Origin: Cenarchaeum sp.
GTDB lineage: Archaea; Thermoproteota; Nitrososphaeria; Nitrososphaerales; Nitrosopumilaceae
Reading direction: 5' to 3'
DNA: 64,000 bases
Assembly: GCA_965242695.1 (NCBI GenBank)
Contig: CBDESU010000002.1
Coordinates: forward strand, 1,600,001 to 1,664,000
Below are positions 1 through 9,388 of this stretch, piece after piece. Position numbers and translations under genes: made by a program. The notes beneath the pieces are model-generated. The model had not been told where the DNA came from. It saw nothing but the letters and a program-made list of their open reading frames with translations, and made no database searches. Numbering within the stretch: the first letter of the stretch is position 1; every line of letters starts with the position of its first letter.

Positions 1-13
1 GGGCCCGCCGGCC

Positions 14-880
14 GTGCCGGCCACGCCCGACGGCAAGCCGACGCCGGCCCTCCTGACGCGGGCCGCCCTCGCATCGGCGAGCATACCCCACATGGCGGTC
101 TGCGCCGGGTGCGCCGAGCCGCCGCGCCTCCCGTACATCGAGGCCGGGCTGCCGCCCGGCGGCAACATCGCGGCCGGCCCCGCCATGGCCGAGCCGGATG
201 TCCTGCGCGCAGTCGACTACGGGAGGATAGTGGGGCGCACGCTTGCGGCCCTTGCCGACTGCATCGTCATTGGCGAGACCGTGCCGGGCGGGACGACGAC
301 GGCCCTTGCCCTGATGAGGGGGCTGGGAATGGGGTCGGCATCGACGAGCTCGAGCATGCCGGAAAACCCCGTCGCGCTAAAGGAGCAGGTAGTCGCCGAG
401 GCGATGCGCCGCGCCGGCCTGCCGGGGCGCCGGGCCGACGCGTTCGCCGCGGCCGCCGAGCTCGGCGATCCGATGCTGCCGACGGTCGCGGGGATGCTCG
501 GGGCCGCAAGCGAGTCGCGCCCCGTCCTGCTCGCCGGCGGCACGCAGATGGCCGCCGTCCTGGCCCTTGCGCGCGCGTCGGGGTACGACCCGTCGAACAC
601 GGCCGTCGGCACGACCTCGTACGTGGCGGCAGACCGGACGGCGACCCTGGAAAGGTCGGTGCACGAGGCCTCGTCGGGGTCTGTCCCCGTCCTGGCAGTC
701 GACCCGGGCCTTGCCTCGTCGAAGGCGGGGCCCCTTGCGGCGTACTCGAGGGGGTTTGCAAAGGAGGGAGCCGGCGCCGGCGGGGCCCTCATAGCGGCCG
801 CACTGCGCACGGGCGCCGGCTCGGGCGACCTGCGCGCCGCCATCGAGCGCGAGTACGGGCGCGTGATGGGCGGCAGCTGA
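14..880 (+). CDS. cobT: Archaeal nicotinate-nucleotide--dimethylbenzimidazole phosphoribosyltransferase (CobT family); 5' end probably outside the window
   Basis: Motifs GETVPGGTTTA, SSSMPENP, GDPM, LAGGTQMAAV, KEGAGAGG. Confidence 0.85.
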   Translation: MPATPDGKPTPALLTRAALASASIPHMAVCAGCAEPPRLPYIEAGLPPGGNIAAGPAMAEPDVLRAVDYGRIVGRTLAALADCIVIGETVPGGTTTALALMRGLGMGSASTSSSMPENPVALKEQVVAEAMRRAGLPGRRADAFAAAAELGDPMLPTVAGMLGAASESRPVLLAGGTQMAAVLALARASGYDPSNTAVGTTSYVAADRTATLERSVHEASSGSVPVLAVDPGLASSKAGPLAAYSRGFAKEGAGAGGALIAAALRTGAGSGDLRAAIEREYGRVMGGS

Positions 881-928
881 CCCGCGGCGCCGGCTGCGGG
901 CATCCCGGGCGCCGCGGCCCGCCCGCGC

Positions 929-2836
929 CTACTTTACCGTCACCGACTTTGCAAGGTTCCGCGGGTGGTCGGGGTCGGTGTCGCGCTCGAGCGCCAGGTA
1001 GTACGCGAGGAGCTGGAGCGGGATGATCTCGACGACGGGGTACAGCGACTCGTCGGCCATGCGCGGTATGCGCATCCAGTGGTCGTACACGTCGCTGTCG
1101 CTGTCCGAGACGCCGATTATCCTGGCGCCGCGCGCCCTGATCTCCCTTGCCCCCGTGACCATGTCGTCGAACGTCGAGTCGCCCGGGTTGATCACTATCA
1201 CGTACACCGACGAGTCGATGAGCGCAAGCGGGCCGTGCTTGAGCTCGCCGCCCGCCATCCCCTCGGCGTGTATGTACGTGAGCTCCTTGATCTTGAGGGC
1301 CGCCTCGGCCGCGATCGGGTAGTGCACGCCCCTCCCGAGCACATAGATGTCCGAGACGTCCTTGAGCCTGGCGGCAAGCTCGCGTATGCGGGCGTGGTCA
1401 GAGAGCACGCCGGATACGGCCGCGGCCGCGGCGGCCGCGTCGAACCGCCCAGGGCCGCCCGCCCCGCCCCCGCCCCCGCCGCCTGCGATCTCGTCGGCCA
1501 AGCCGTGTATGACGGCGAGCTGCGACGTAAAGCTCTTCGTGGCGGCCACGCCGATCTCGGGCCCGCAGTTCATGCCGACGACGACCGACGACTCCTGCGC
1601 TAGCGACGAGGCCGTCAGGTTGACGATCGAGACGACGCTCGCGCCGGCGCGGCGCGCCGCCTCGGCCGCCTCGATCACGTCGGCGCTCTCGCCGCTCTGC
1701 GAGAGCGCGAGCAGGACCGAGCCGGCGGGGACGGGCTCGGGCCAGTGCGGCATCTCGCTCGACATGACGGGCTCGGCGCGCAGCCCCGCCCTCTTGGAGA
1801 GGACGTGCCGGGCCACGAGGGCCGCGTTGTAGCTCGTCCCGCTGCCCGTAACGTACACGCTGCGCCCGCCGTCGCGGCAGGCGCGCAGCAGGGCGGCAGC
1901 CTCGGCGGCGGCCCCCTCGCCGCCCCCGGTGCCGGCCCTCGCGATGGTGTCGGGCTGCTCGGATATCTCCTTTAGCGTGTAGTGGGCGTAGTCGCCCTTG
2001 TACGCGTCGGCAAATTCCCTGGACACCTTTGTGACGGCGTACGACGCCTCGGCCCCGTCGAACGAGTACGCGCGCATCCCGGACCTGTCTATCGTGACAA
2101 AGTGGCCGTTGTCGACGTACACGGCATCGTCGGTCTGCTCGATGAACCCCATGACGTCGCTCGAGGGCAGGTAGGGCCCCTCGCCGGCGGCGGCGGACCC
2201 GCCGGCCGAGGCCCCGGCGGACCCGCCGGCCGAGGCCCCGGCGGCCCCTCCGCCGGCCGCGTCCGCCCCGGATCCTCCGCCCCTCCCGACGCCGACTATG
2301 AGGGGGCGGTGGAAGCGCGCGGCGGCGAGCGTCCCGTTGCCGAACAGCGCGACGAACGCGTACCTGCCGCGCAGGCGCGCCACGGTCCGCACCACCGCAT
2401 CCCTTGCCGAGCCGCCGGCCTGCCCGAGGCTCTTTTGCAGGAGGTTTGAGATCACCTCCGTGTCCGTCTCGCTCCTGAACGTGTACCCGTCGGCGAGCAG
2501 CTCGGCCTTTAGCTCGGCAAAGTTGTCTATCGTCCCGTTGTGGACGACGGCGACGGCGCCCGAGCTGCTCGGGTGCGGGTGCGCGTTGGCGTCGGTCACG
2601 CCCCCGTGCGTGGCCCACCTGGTGTGGCCGATCCCGACGCTACCGCCCATCTCGTCGAGGCGCTCGGCGCCGTTGACCTCGGAGACCCTGCCGACGCCCT
2701 TTCTGACCTGCACCCCGCGGGCTGACTTTGTCGCTACGCCGACGCTGTCGTACCCGCGGTACTCCATGCGCCGCAGCCCCCTGACCAGGACCGGCGCGGC
2801 CTGGTCGGGGCCCAGGTACCCGATTATCGAGCACAT
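929..2836 (-). CDS. glmS: Glutamine--fructose-6-phosphate aminotransferase (isomerizing)
   Basis: N-terminus MCSIIGY, EYRGYDS, GHTRWATHG, SQSGES, ELKHGP, C-terminus PRNLAKSVTVK; start placed at the catalytic Met-Cys (2836). Confidence 0.97.
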   Translation of the reverse strand: MCSIIGYLGPDQAAPVLVRGLRRMEYRGYDSVGVATKSARGVQVRKGVGRVSEVNGAERLDEMGGSVGIGHTRWATHGGVTDANAHPHPSSSGAVAVVHNGTIDNFAELKAELLADGYTFRSETDTEVISNLLQKSLGQAGGSARDAVVRTVARLRGRYAFVALFGNGTLAAARFHRPLIVGVGRGGGSGADAAGGGAAGASAGGSAGASAGGSAAAGEGPYLPSSDVMGFIEQTDDAVYVDNGHFVTIDRSGMRAYSFDGAEASYAVTKVSREFADAYKGDYAHYTLKEISEQPDTIARAGTGGGEGAAAEAAALLRACRDGGRSVYVTGSGTSYNAALVARHVLSKRAGLRAEPVMSSEMPHWPEPVPAGSVLLALSQSGESADVIEAAEAARRAGASVVSIVNLTASSLAQESSVVVGMNCGPEIGVAATKSFTSQLAVIHGLADEIAGGGGGGGAGGPGRFDAAAAAAAVSGVLSDHARIRELAARLKDVSDIYVLGRGVHYPIAAEAALKIKELTYIHAEGMAGGELKHGPLALIDSSVYVIVINPGDSTFDDMVTGAREIRARGARIIGVSDSDSDVYDHWMRIPRMADESLYPVVEIIPLQLLAYYLALERDTDPDHPRNLAKSVTVK

Positions 2837-2924
2837 GCGGGCGCCGCGCCTCCTGTGCCGCATGCAGCGCAGCCGCGGGCGGATGCGGCACCGGCGGCGG
2901 TGCCGGCGCCTGCGGGCATTGCCG

Positions 2925-3506
2925 TCACGGGCCCGCGCCGGATCTGCCGGCGCCCTCTGCCTCTTCGACCTCGGCCTGCGCGGCGGCCTCGGCATCGGCC
3001 GCGGCGCTCCGTGCGAGCATCTCGCCGTACGGCGAGCCTGGCAGGAGCCGGACGGACGCCTCCTCGCCGACGTCGACCGTATACGACGGTATGGTCACGA
3101 CTCGATCGCCGATCATTACATGGCCGTGCACGACCGCCTGCCTTGCCTGGTACGGGGTCCTAAAGCTGAGCTTCTTCATGACGATCGTCTGGAGGCGCCT
3201 CTCGAGGAGGTTCCTTACGTCCAGGTTGAGGACGTCGTCGAGCGTAGAGCCGTCGCCGACCAGCCCGATCCTGGCAAGCGACCTCATCAGGACGGGCTCG
3301 CGCTCCTCGCGCACCTCGCGGCCGAGTGCTAGCAGCGAGCGCGCCTGGTTGCGCACCCTCGACAGCTCGGTCCTCGCCTTCCACAGCTCCCTCTTTGTCT
3401 TTAGGCCGAACAGGCCGAGCAGGCGAAGCTCGTCCATCTTTAGGTCGTAGTTGAGCGGGCGCTTGGGCTTGCGCCAGGCCCTCCTTGGAAGCTTTGGGTC
3501 GCCCAT
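2925..3506 (-). CDS. rps4: 30S ribosomal protein S4 (uS4)
   Basis: MGDPK...GLKTKRELW...LERRLQTIV...ARQAVVHGHV. Confidence 0.97.
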   Translation of the reverse strand: MGDPKLPRRAWRKPKRPLNYDLKMDELRLLGLFGLKTKRELWKARTELSRVRNQARSLLALGREVREEREPVLMRSLARIGLVGDGSTLDDVLNLDVRNLLERRLQTIVMKKLSFRTPYQARQAVVHGHVMIGDRVVTIPSYTVDVGEEASVRLLPGSPYGEMLARSAAADAEAAAQAEVEEAEGAGRSGAGP

Positions 3507-3525
3507 GCGCCGCCATCCCCGTCTC

Positions 3526-4014
3526 CTACTTTGACTGCGAGGCCGAGCCCTTTGCGGGCATGACCTTGCCGCCCTTTGCGACGCCGACGGCGCCCCCGCG
3601 CCGCCCCGTCGTCCTCGTGCGCTGCCCGCGCACCTTTAGGCCAAACATGTGGCGGTACCCCCTCCAGCTGCCGGAGGCGCGCTCGCGCTCAATGTCGTTG
3701 CGGACGGTAAACTCAATGTCCGACGTGAGCAGGTGCCTGTCGCCGCCGGTCTCGATGTCCTTGCGCCTGTTGAGGAACCACGCGGGGAACCCGGCGGCGG
3801 GCGGGTCGACGATGATTCCCTCGATCCCCTTTACCTGCTCGTCGGTGAGGTAGCCGACGTTCATGCCGGCGTCGATGCCGAGCTTGTCCAGGACGGCGGT
3901 GGCAAAGCTGTACCCGATTCCGCGCACCTGCGTGAGCCCGACGAGCAGCTTTTTGTCGCCGGGTATGTCGTTGCCGACTACGCGCACGATGTGCCTGTAC
4001 TCCTGGGCGCTCAA
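3526..4014 (-). CDS. rps13: 30S ribosomal protein S13 (uS13)
   Basis: EYRHIVR...GIG...WFLNRRKD...[20 protein letters not shown]; TTG start inferred; TTTATC TATA-like element just upstream. Confidence 0.95.
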   Translation of the reverse strand: MSAQEYRHIVRVVGNDIPGDKKLLVGLTQVRGIGYSFATAVLDKLGIDAGMNVGYLTDEQVKGIEGIIVDPPAAGFPAWFLNRRKDIETGGDRHLLTSDIEFTVRNDIERERASGSWRGYRHMFGLKVRGQRTRTTGRRGGAVGVAKGGKVMPAKGSASQSK

Positions 4015-4278
4015 GCGGCGCGCGTGCCGCCGGCCCCGATAAATACCCTGCCGGGGCGGGGGGCGCGCATCCGCCGGGCCTCCGGGCGGCGCGGGAGGAA
4101 GGGAGGGATGGCGCGCGGATGCCGCCTTGCACCGCCGCCGCTGTCCAACCTTCTCGCCGCGCCGCGCCCTTGCCCCGCGCCCCGCGCGGCGCCGGCCGCG
4201 GCCGGCTGAACCATGGTCAGAATCCCGTCCACTGGACTGGCGCGGCACGGCGGCCGTGCCTCTTGACGTGGCGCGCAG

Positions 4279-4376
4279 GCCGTCGACACGCGCGCATGTG
4301 GACTCGTGGGTGGATCCTCCTGCTACGGCCCCTTCAGCGAGACGGCGAGCCGTCGACACGCGCGCATGTGGACTCG
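4279..4376. repeat. Two-copy 28-bp direct repeat GCCGTCGACACGCGCGCATGTGGACTCG, 42-bp spacer
   Basis: Identical copies at 4279-4306 and 4349-4376. Confidence 0.85.
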
Positions 4377-4906
4377 GGAGGGGAGGAAGGGAGGGGAGGA
4401 GGGGGAAAATACGCGATTCGGCGGCGGGGCGACTCTTCCTGCCGCCCGCCTGCCGGCGGGGGGCCCCGCATGCTGCCGCGCCCGGAACCGGCAGAGGCGC
4501 CAGTCGGGGTACCTGTCCTCTCCCGCGGCGTCCCGGCTTGCCGGCCACTGCCGGCGGCGCAAGGTGGACAGGAAGCGCCCGCCGTCCCCCTGCCCATGCG
4601 CCGGATGATCAGGGCGCCCAATCCCGACGGGCGAGTGCGCCTCTGCATCCCGAGTCGGGCATGACGCCGGGCAGTCGTGCCTTCATGACGGGAAGGCGGG
4701 ATGCCATGCCGGCACATTTTCAACCACTGGGCCCTGCATCGAAGTGCTCGTCGCCATGCTAGGCCAAGCCGCGCCGTGCGGCGGTTTGCCTGCGGGGGTG
4801 GAGTGCGGCATGCTAGGAAGACTGTCCCGTAGCGTGGCCGTATCCGCCGCCTGCTGCGCCGCGACGCCATATTGCATGGGTGTGTGGGAGGGGTGCGCGT
4901 ACGAGC

Positions 4907-4946
4907 CCGCCCTTATAAGGGCGGCCTTGACAGATAATCCTTATAT
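4907..4946. promoter_or_regulatory. 18-bp palindrome CCGCCCTTATAAGGGCGG and a second TATA box (TTATAT 4941-4946), module copy 1
   Basis: Palindrome repeated at 6265-6282; the two TATA-like hexamers are 28 bp apart in all three module copies. Confidence 0.65.
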
Positions 4947-4969
4947 CTATCATTGCCGCATGGCGGGCA

Positions 4970-5041
4970 ACCCCGTATGCGAATCCCTAGGGCGGACGCA
5001 TTGCGTCCGCGAATGACCTAGGGTTGATGTGGATACGGGGT
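4970..5041 (+). ncRNA. Putative structured ncRNA associated with DUF3800-like gene, copy 1
   Basis: Nested stems ACCCCGTAT/ATACGGGGT, CCCTAGG/CCTAGGG, GCGGACGC-ATT-GCGTCCGC; compensatory changes versus copies 2 and 3; TATA box starts 29 nt upstream. Confidence 0.7.
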
Positions 5042-5043
5042 CT

Positions 5044-5619
5044 TCATCTAAAGTGCCTCAGCATCTGCCCTTCCAGGCGGTCGGCTAGGTCTAGGTGCAC
5101 GGCGCCCTTGGGCTCCCGTCCGTGGCTGTTCGCCCAGGCCAGGATGTCTGCCAGCATGTATGCGGGGCCGGGACTTGCCCGGCGCAGTCCCCGATCATTG
5201 ACAAAGTCCTTGCAGTCTATGTCGCATTGAATGTAAAGGCGGTGCAGCTCGAAGTTGTGAATCCGCAAGAACGGCTCCACGTGATCGCGCAGCTGGTTCC
5301 ACATGAGGCTGTTGTATGTGCGGGACAATTTTTTGTTGCTGACGAAGCGGCGCTTTTGCTTCGGATGGCCTCGAAGCTTTGCGAACGCTCGTTTTTTCTC
5401 GAGGTGGATGCAGAGGCCCATGGTATTCCTTCCGTCGAATGAGACCTTGTCGATTATGGCCCTCTTCGCATCGCGGCTGCGGATGGTGGACATGTGGATC
5501 GGTTCGGGCCCTATGCGCCGGGCCAGGCCGGCGATGCCCTCTTTCGTGCCGACTACGATTGCCATGAACTTGTGGTTGCCCGACTCGGGGTCACCTGAGA
5601 CATCCATTCCTGCAAGCAT
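5044..5619 (-). CDS. DUF3800-like RNase H-fold protein, copy 1
   Basis: N-terminal MDVSG, central QCD, C-terminal LADILAWAN match the D(E)SG...D...LAD pattern of DUF3800; three 191-aa paralogs. Confidence 0.7.
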   Translation of the reverse strand: MLAGMDVSGDPESGNHKFMAIVVGTKEGIAGLARRIGPEPIHMSTIRSRDAKRAIIDKVSFDGRNTMGLCIHLEKKRAFAKLRGHPKQKRRFVSNKKLSRTYNSLMWNQLRDHVEPFLRIHNFELHRLYIQCDIDCKDFVNDRGLRRASPGPAYMLADILAWANSHGREPKGAVHLDLADRLEGQMLRHFR

Positions 5620-5814
5620 TCAATCCGACCTGTCGGCGCAGAGGTGGCCCCACATATGAACGCGGCCGAGGCCGGCAGCCAGCATGAGGCGCTAGCAGGT
5701 GCGGCGGCGACAAGCCTGCGCAGGGCCGGGTCATGCCCCTCTGCTTTGTTCCCTGTTCAAGCCGCAGCATGGATCGCGTGCGCCAGATGTCAGGCCTGCG
5801 GCGCTTCCTGCGCC

Positions 5815-5900
5815 TTCCCGAGCCGCGAGAGAGCAGCAGCGCTGCTTGCGAGACCGCATACGACGCAAACTTCGAGAGGGCAAAGGCGCGCTCAAGCCGC
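5815..5900 (-). pseudogene. Degenerate duplicate of the 3' end of the GT2 glycosyltransferase gene
   Basis: GCAGCAGCGC...GCATACGACGCAAACTTCGAGAGGGCAAAGGCGCGCTC resembles 7198-7259; offset roughly matches the 1358-bp spacing of DUF3800 copies 1 and 2. Confidence 0.65.
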
Positions 5901-6264
5901 GGCGGGATCGGAGCGTTTGCCGTGCTGCCGGCATGGTGATCGCAGCCGTCAGTTCACACGCAGCCCGCAAGCGGGCTGCGGGCACGGGGTGGCATTGCAT
6001 ATGAGATGCCAGACCTCTGGCCTGTGGCTTGTCGGGTATCGCCGGGCCTGCACAGGACCGTCGATGGACACTGAACATTCTGCACTGCCGTGCACCAGGG
6101 CCGCTCGCCGCCATGCTGAGCCGGACCTCGCCATGCGGCGGCATGCCTGCGGGGAGGGAGAGCGGCATGCCAAAGCCGACTGGCCGCCGGATGGTCGTGT
6201 CGCCGACTTGCCGGTGCCGCGACGCCATGCTGCACGGGTGTGCGGGAGGGGTGCACGTACGAGC

Positions 6265-6304
6265 CCGCCCTTATAAGGGCGGCCTTGACGGACAATCCTT
6301 ATAA
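6265..6304. promoter_or_regulatory. 18-bp palindrome and second TATA box (TTATAA 6299-6304), module copy 2
   Basis: Same palindrome and spacing as 4907-4946. Confidence 0.65.
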
Positions 6305-6327
6305 GTACCCCTGCCGCATGGCGGCCA

Positions 6328-6399
6328 ACCTCGTATGCGAATCCCTAGGGCGGACGCCTCGCGTCAGCGACAGACCTAGGGTTGATGTGGATACGAGGT
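6328..6399 (+). ncRNA. Putative structured ncRNA associated with DUF3800-like gene, copy 2
   Basis: ACCTCGTAT/ATACGAGGT (T-A replaces the C-G of copy 1), CCCTAGG/CCTAGGG, GCGGACGC-CTC-GCGTCAGC. Confidence 0.7.
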
Positions 6400-6401
6400 C
6401 T

Positions 6402-6977
6402 TCATCCAAAATGCCTCAGCATCTGCCCCTCCAAGCGGTCGGCAAGGTTGAGGTATACGGCGCCCTTCGGCTCCCGTCCGTGGCTGTTCGCCCAGGCCAG
6501 GACGTCTGCCAGCACATGTGCAGGGCCTGGGACGGCCCTGCGCCATCCGCGATCACGGACAAAGCCCATACAGTCGTAGTCGCATTGAAAGTAAAGCCGG
6601 TGCACCTCAAAACTGTGCAGCTGCAGGAACCGATCTACAGGATCGCGCGCCAGGTTCCACATGAGGGCGTTGTATGTGCGGGACAATTTTTTATTGTTGG
6701 CGAAGCGGTGATCTTGCCTTAGACGTTCCAACAGCCTTGCGAACGTCCGTTTTTTCTCAAGGTGGATGCAAAGGCCCATGGTGTTCCTTCCGTCGAATGA
6801 GACCTTGTTTATTATGGCGTTCTTCGCATCGCGGCTGCGGATGGTGGACATGTGGACCGGCCTGGGCCCTATGCGCCGGGCCAGGCCGGTGATGCCCTCT
6901 TCCGTGCCGACTACGATTGCCATGAACTTGTGGTTGCCCGACTCGGGGTTTCCGGAGACGTCCATTCCCGCAAGCAT
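6402..6977 (-). CDS. DUF3800-like RNase H-fold protein, copy 2
   Basis: MDVSG / QCDYD / LADVLAWAN; paralog of 5044-5619. Confidence 0.7.
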   Translation of the reverse strand: MLAGMDVSGNPESGNHKFMAIVVGTEEGITGLARRIGPRPVHMSTIRSRDAKNAIINKVSFDGRNTMGLCIHLEKKRTFARLLERLRQDHRFANNKKLSRTYNALMWNLARDPVDRFLQLHSFEVHRLYFQCDYDCMGFVRDRGWRRAVPGPAHVLADVLAWANSHGREPKGAVYLNLADRLEGQMLRHFG

Positions 6978-7172
6978 CTAATATCGACCTGTCGGCGCAG
7001 TGCGCCGCCTCCTATATGAACATGACCTAGGCCGGCAGGCCGCGCGGCGAGGGGCCGGCACGGCGGCGGATCCGCAGGGGGCCGGGCGAGCACTCCCGCC
7101 CTCCTTTGCGCCCCCGCTTGAGCCGCGGCGCGGGCCGCGCAGCGCCGGACGTCCGGCCGATTCGGCCGCCGT

Positions 7173-8310
7173 CTACGCCCGCCCGAGGTGCGAGAGCGCA
7201 AGCAGCGCGCCGAGCGAGGCCGCGTACGCCGCAAACTTCAGGAGCGCAAAGGCGCGCTCGGGGCGCACCCACAGCCTCTTGCCCGGAAAGTCGAAGCGGG
7301 CGAACAGGTCGCGGACGGCGCCGCGCCGTAGCACCCCCGCCAGCCTGCCGACATCGTTCGAGAGGCGGATGGCGGTCGCCTCTGCCGCATCCCGCATGCC
7401 GTGGCCCTGGCCGGGCCGGTTGCGCGCGATGCGGGCGCGCTCGACGGCGACCTCTGCGGCCGCGCAGCAGGCCGGCCAGAGGGATGCGGGCCACGGGTCG
7501 AGCAGGCCCGCCGCGGCGAGGCCCGCCGCCGCGGCCCCTCCCACGAGCAGCGTCTCGGGCAGGTTCGGGAAGCTGTAGTACCGCCAGGCGGGATGCATCG
7601 ACGGCATGCGCGAGTCGCCCCACGCCCAGCGCGCAAAGCGCGCATAGCTGCGCCGCCCGCCGCCCCACCAGCCGTGCCGCACGGCCGCGCCCGGCACCGT
7701 CTTGAGCCACGAGCCGCCCGCCCCCTCGACGATGCGCAGGCAAAAGTCGATGTCCTCGCCGCCTCCGTGCCGCGGGAACAGCGGCGAGAACCGGATGCCG
7801 CCGACGGCCGACCGCCTCACGAGCAGGTTCGACGTGGCGCCCCACGGCATCCAGCGGTCGCCCGAGGGCATGTCGAAGAACGTGAGCATGCCGCTTGCGC
7901 GCACGCCCCGGGTGAACGAGTTGACGGGGCGGGGGAACAGAGTGGGGCCGATGTATCCCGGCGCGCCCGGGTGGTCTGCAATGGCGCGCGCGTACGCGCC
8001 GAGCAGGCCGGGCTCGGGCGCGACGTCGTCGTCGATGAACAGTATGTACTCGCCTCCGCCCTGCTCGATGCCGACGTTCCTCGAGAGCGGCGCGCCGAGG
8101 CTCTCGGCGTTGGCGGTGCACCTCACGGGCCGCCCCCCGCGGCGCGTCGTGCGCGTCTCCATGGCCGGGTTGTCGGAGACGACATAGTACGAGACCTCGA
8201 TGCCGGGGGGAGCCTCGAGCGAGAGCGCCGCAAGGGCCTCCTCGGCGCGGGCCCTTATGCTCGGCACGACGACGTCGATCGTGATCGGCCCCGCGCCCGC
8301 CGCTACGCCC
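7173..8310 (-). CDS. GT2-family glycosyltransferase with C-terminal hydrophobic segments (start uncertain)
   Basis: IDVVVPS, SRNVG, ILFIDDD (DxD), GGEDIDF; no clear ATG just upstream of the domain. Confidence 0.8.
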
Positions 8311-9277
8311 AGACGTGCCCCATTCCCTGGTTGCAAAAGCAGTGGGGGCCGACCCTGCAGCGCGCCTTTTCCGCGGGGAACCGGGCCTGGACGGCCCTGG
8401 CCGTGCCCTCTTCGATCCCCTCGGACGCGGGGCCGTAGCGCGAGCGGCCGACCCACGAGCACACGGACAGGAGGCCGCCCGTGGCGATCGCATCCGTGGG
8501 GCCCAGTGTGCACCCCGACGCCGGAAGCGCCTCCCCCGCGGCCAGCGCGGCGGCGTCCCTCCAAAAGCCCGGCGGGTTGGTCGGCGGGCCCGGCGGGTCG
8601 GGTCCCCGCCTCTCTAGCCGCTCCGCGACCTCGAGCAGGTGCGGCGCATCGGCGCGCGACAGGAGCAGGCCCGGCGCGTTGGCCGACGCGTAGCCGTCGT
8701 CGAAGACGGGCTGGAACTTTACAAAGTCGACGCCGGCGCGCCCGCCGAAGGCGAGCAGGCCCGACACGCTCTGCCACCTGGCGGTTGCGGCGGTCACGGT
8801 TGCGTTGATCCCGATCTCTGCCGTACCCGAGGATGCCGCCTCCTCTATCCCGCGCAGAATGGCGGCGTGGACGGCCGGCGGCGTTCCCCTGGCCGCCTGC
8901 ATCTCGCGCGGATCGGCAGAGTCCACGGAGAACGTGACGCCTGTTGCCCCCTCCCTGACCAGGCCCCCCACCAGGTCGCTTCTCGGCCCGCGCGCCAGCG
9001 CGTACCCGTTGGTTATGACGACGACCTCGTCGACGAGGCGCGCGTAGTGCGATATGATCTCGCCGAGGCGCGGGTGCAGCGTCGGCTCGCCCCCCGACAG
9101 CACGACGCGGCGGGTGGCGAGCAGGCGCAGCGTGGGGCCTGGGATTATCGATGCGGAGGCGTCGGGCATGCCGCGCCCGCGCCGGTCGCCCCACCTGCAG
9201 TACCTGCACTCGGCGTTGCAGGCGTACGTGACGTCGACTACGACCGTCCCCCTCCCCTCCGTGCAGCCGGCGCCCAT
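8303..9277 (-). CDS. Radical SAM protein with Cys-rich C-terminus (SPASM/twitch-like)
   Basis: CNAECRYC (CxxxCxxC), SGGEPTLHP, ITNG; C-terminal C...C...CRVGPHCFC; TTTAAG about 23 nt upstream of ATG. Confidence 0.9.
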   Translation of the reverse strand: MGAGCTEGRGTVVVDVTYACNAECRYCRWGDRRGRGMPDASASIIPGPTLRLLATRRVVLSGGEPTLHPRLGEIISHYARLVDEVVVITNGYALARGPRSDLVGGLVREGATGVTFSVDSADPREMQAARGTPPAVHAAILRGIEEAASSGTAEIGINATVTAATARWQSVSGLLAFGGRAGVDFVKFQPVFDDGYASANAPGLLLSRADAPHLLEVAERLERRGPDPPGPPTNPPGFWRDAAALAAGEALPASGCTLGPTDAIATGGLLSVCSWVGRSRYGPASEGIEEGTARAVQARFPAEKARCRVGPHCFCNQGMGHVWA

Positions 9278-9388
9278 CGCAGCGCCGGTGCGTGGGATCC
9301 TTAAACGCCTTCCGCCCTGCGGGGGCGGGCTCGGACTCGGAGGGGCGGCGCCGCGGATGGTCCGCATGGCGGGGGCCGCGCGCCGCGC

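Noticed and set aside
4279-4376. CRISPR array call (also 41307-41412)
   Set aside because: Only two repeats each, different sequences, and no cas genes or leader in the window.
4970-5041. K-turn or C/D box assignment for the GCGAA/GATGTGG internal loop; also a simple terminator or tRNA call
   Set aside because: Tandem GA pairs are possible, but the 3-nt bulge geometry does not fit a canonical K-turn. There is no cloverleaf and no U-tract after the stem on the gene strand.
5044-5619. IS transposase call for the triplicated gene
   Set aside because: No terminal inverted repeats or target duplications identified by eye, and the protein is short with no DNA-binding domain. Mobility remains a hypothesis.
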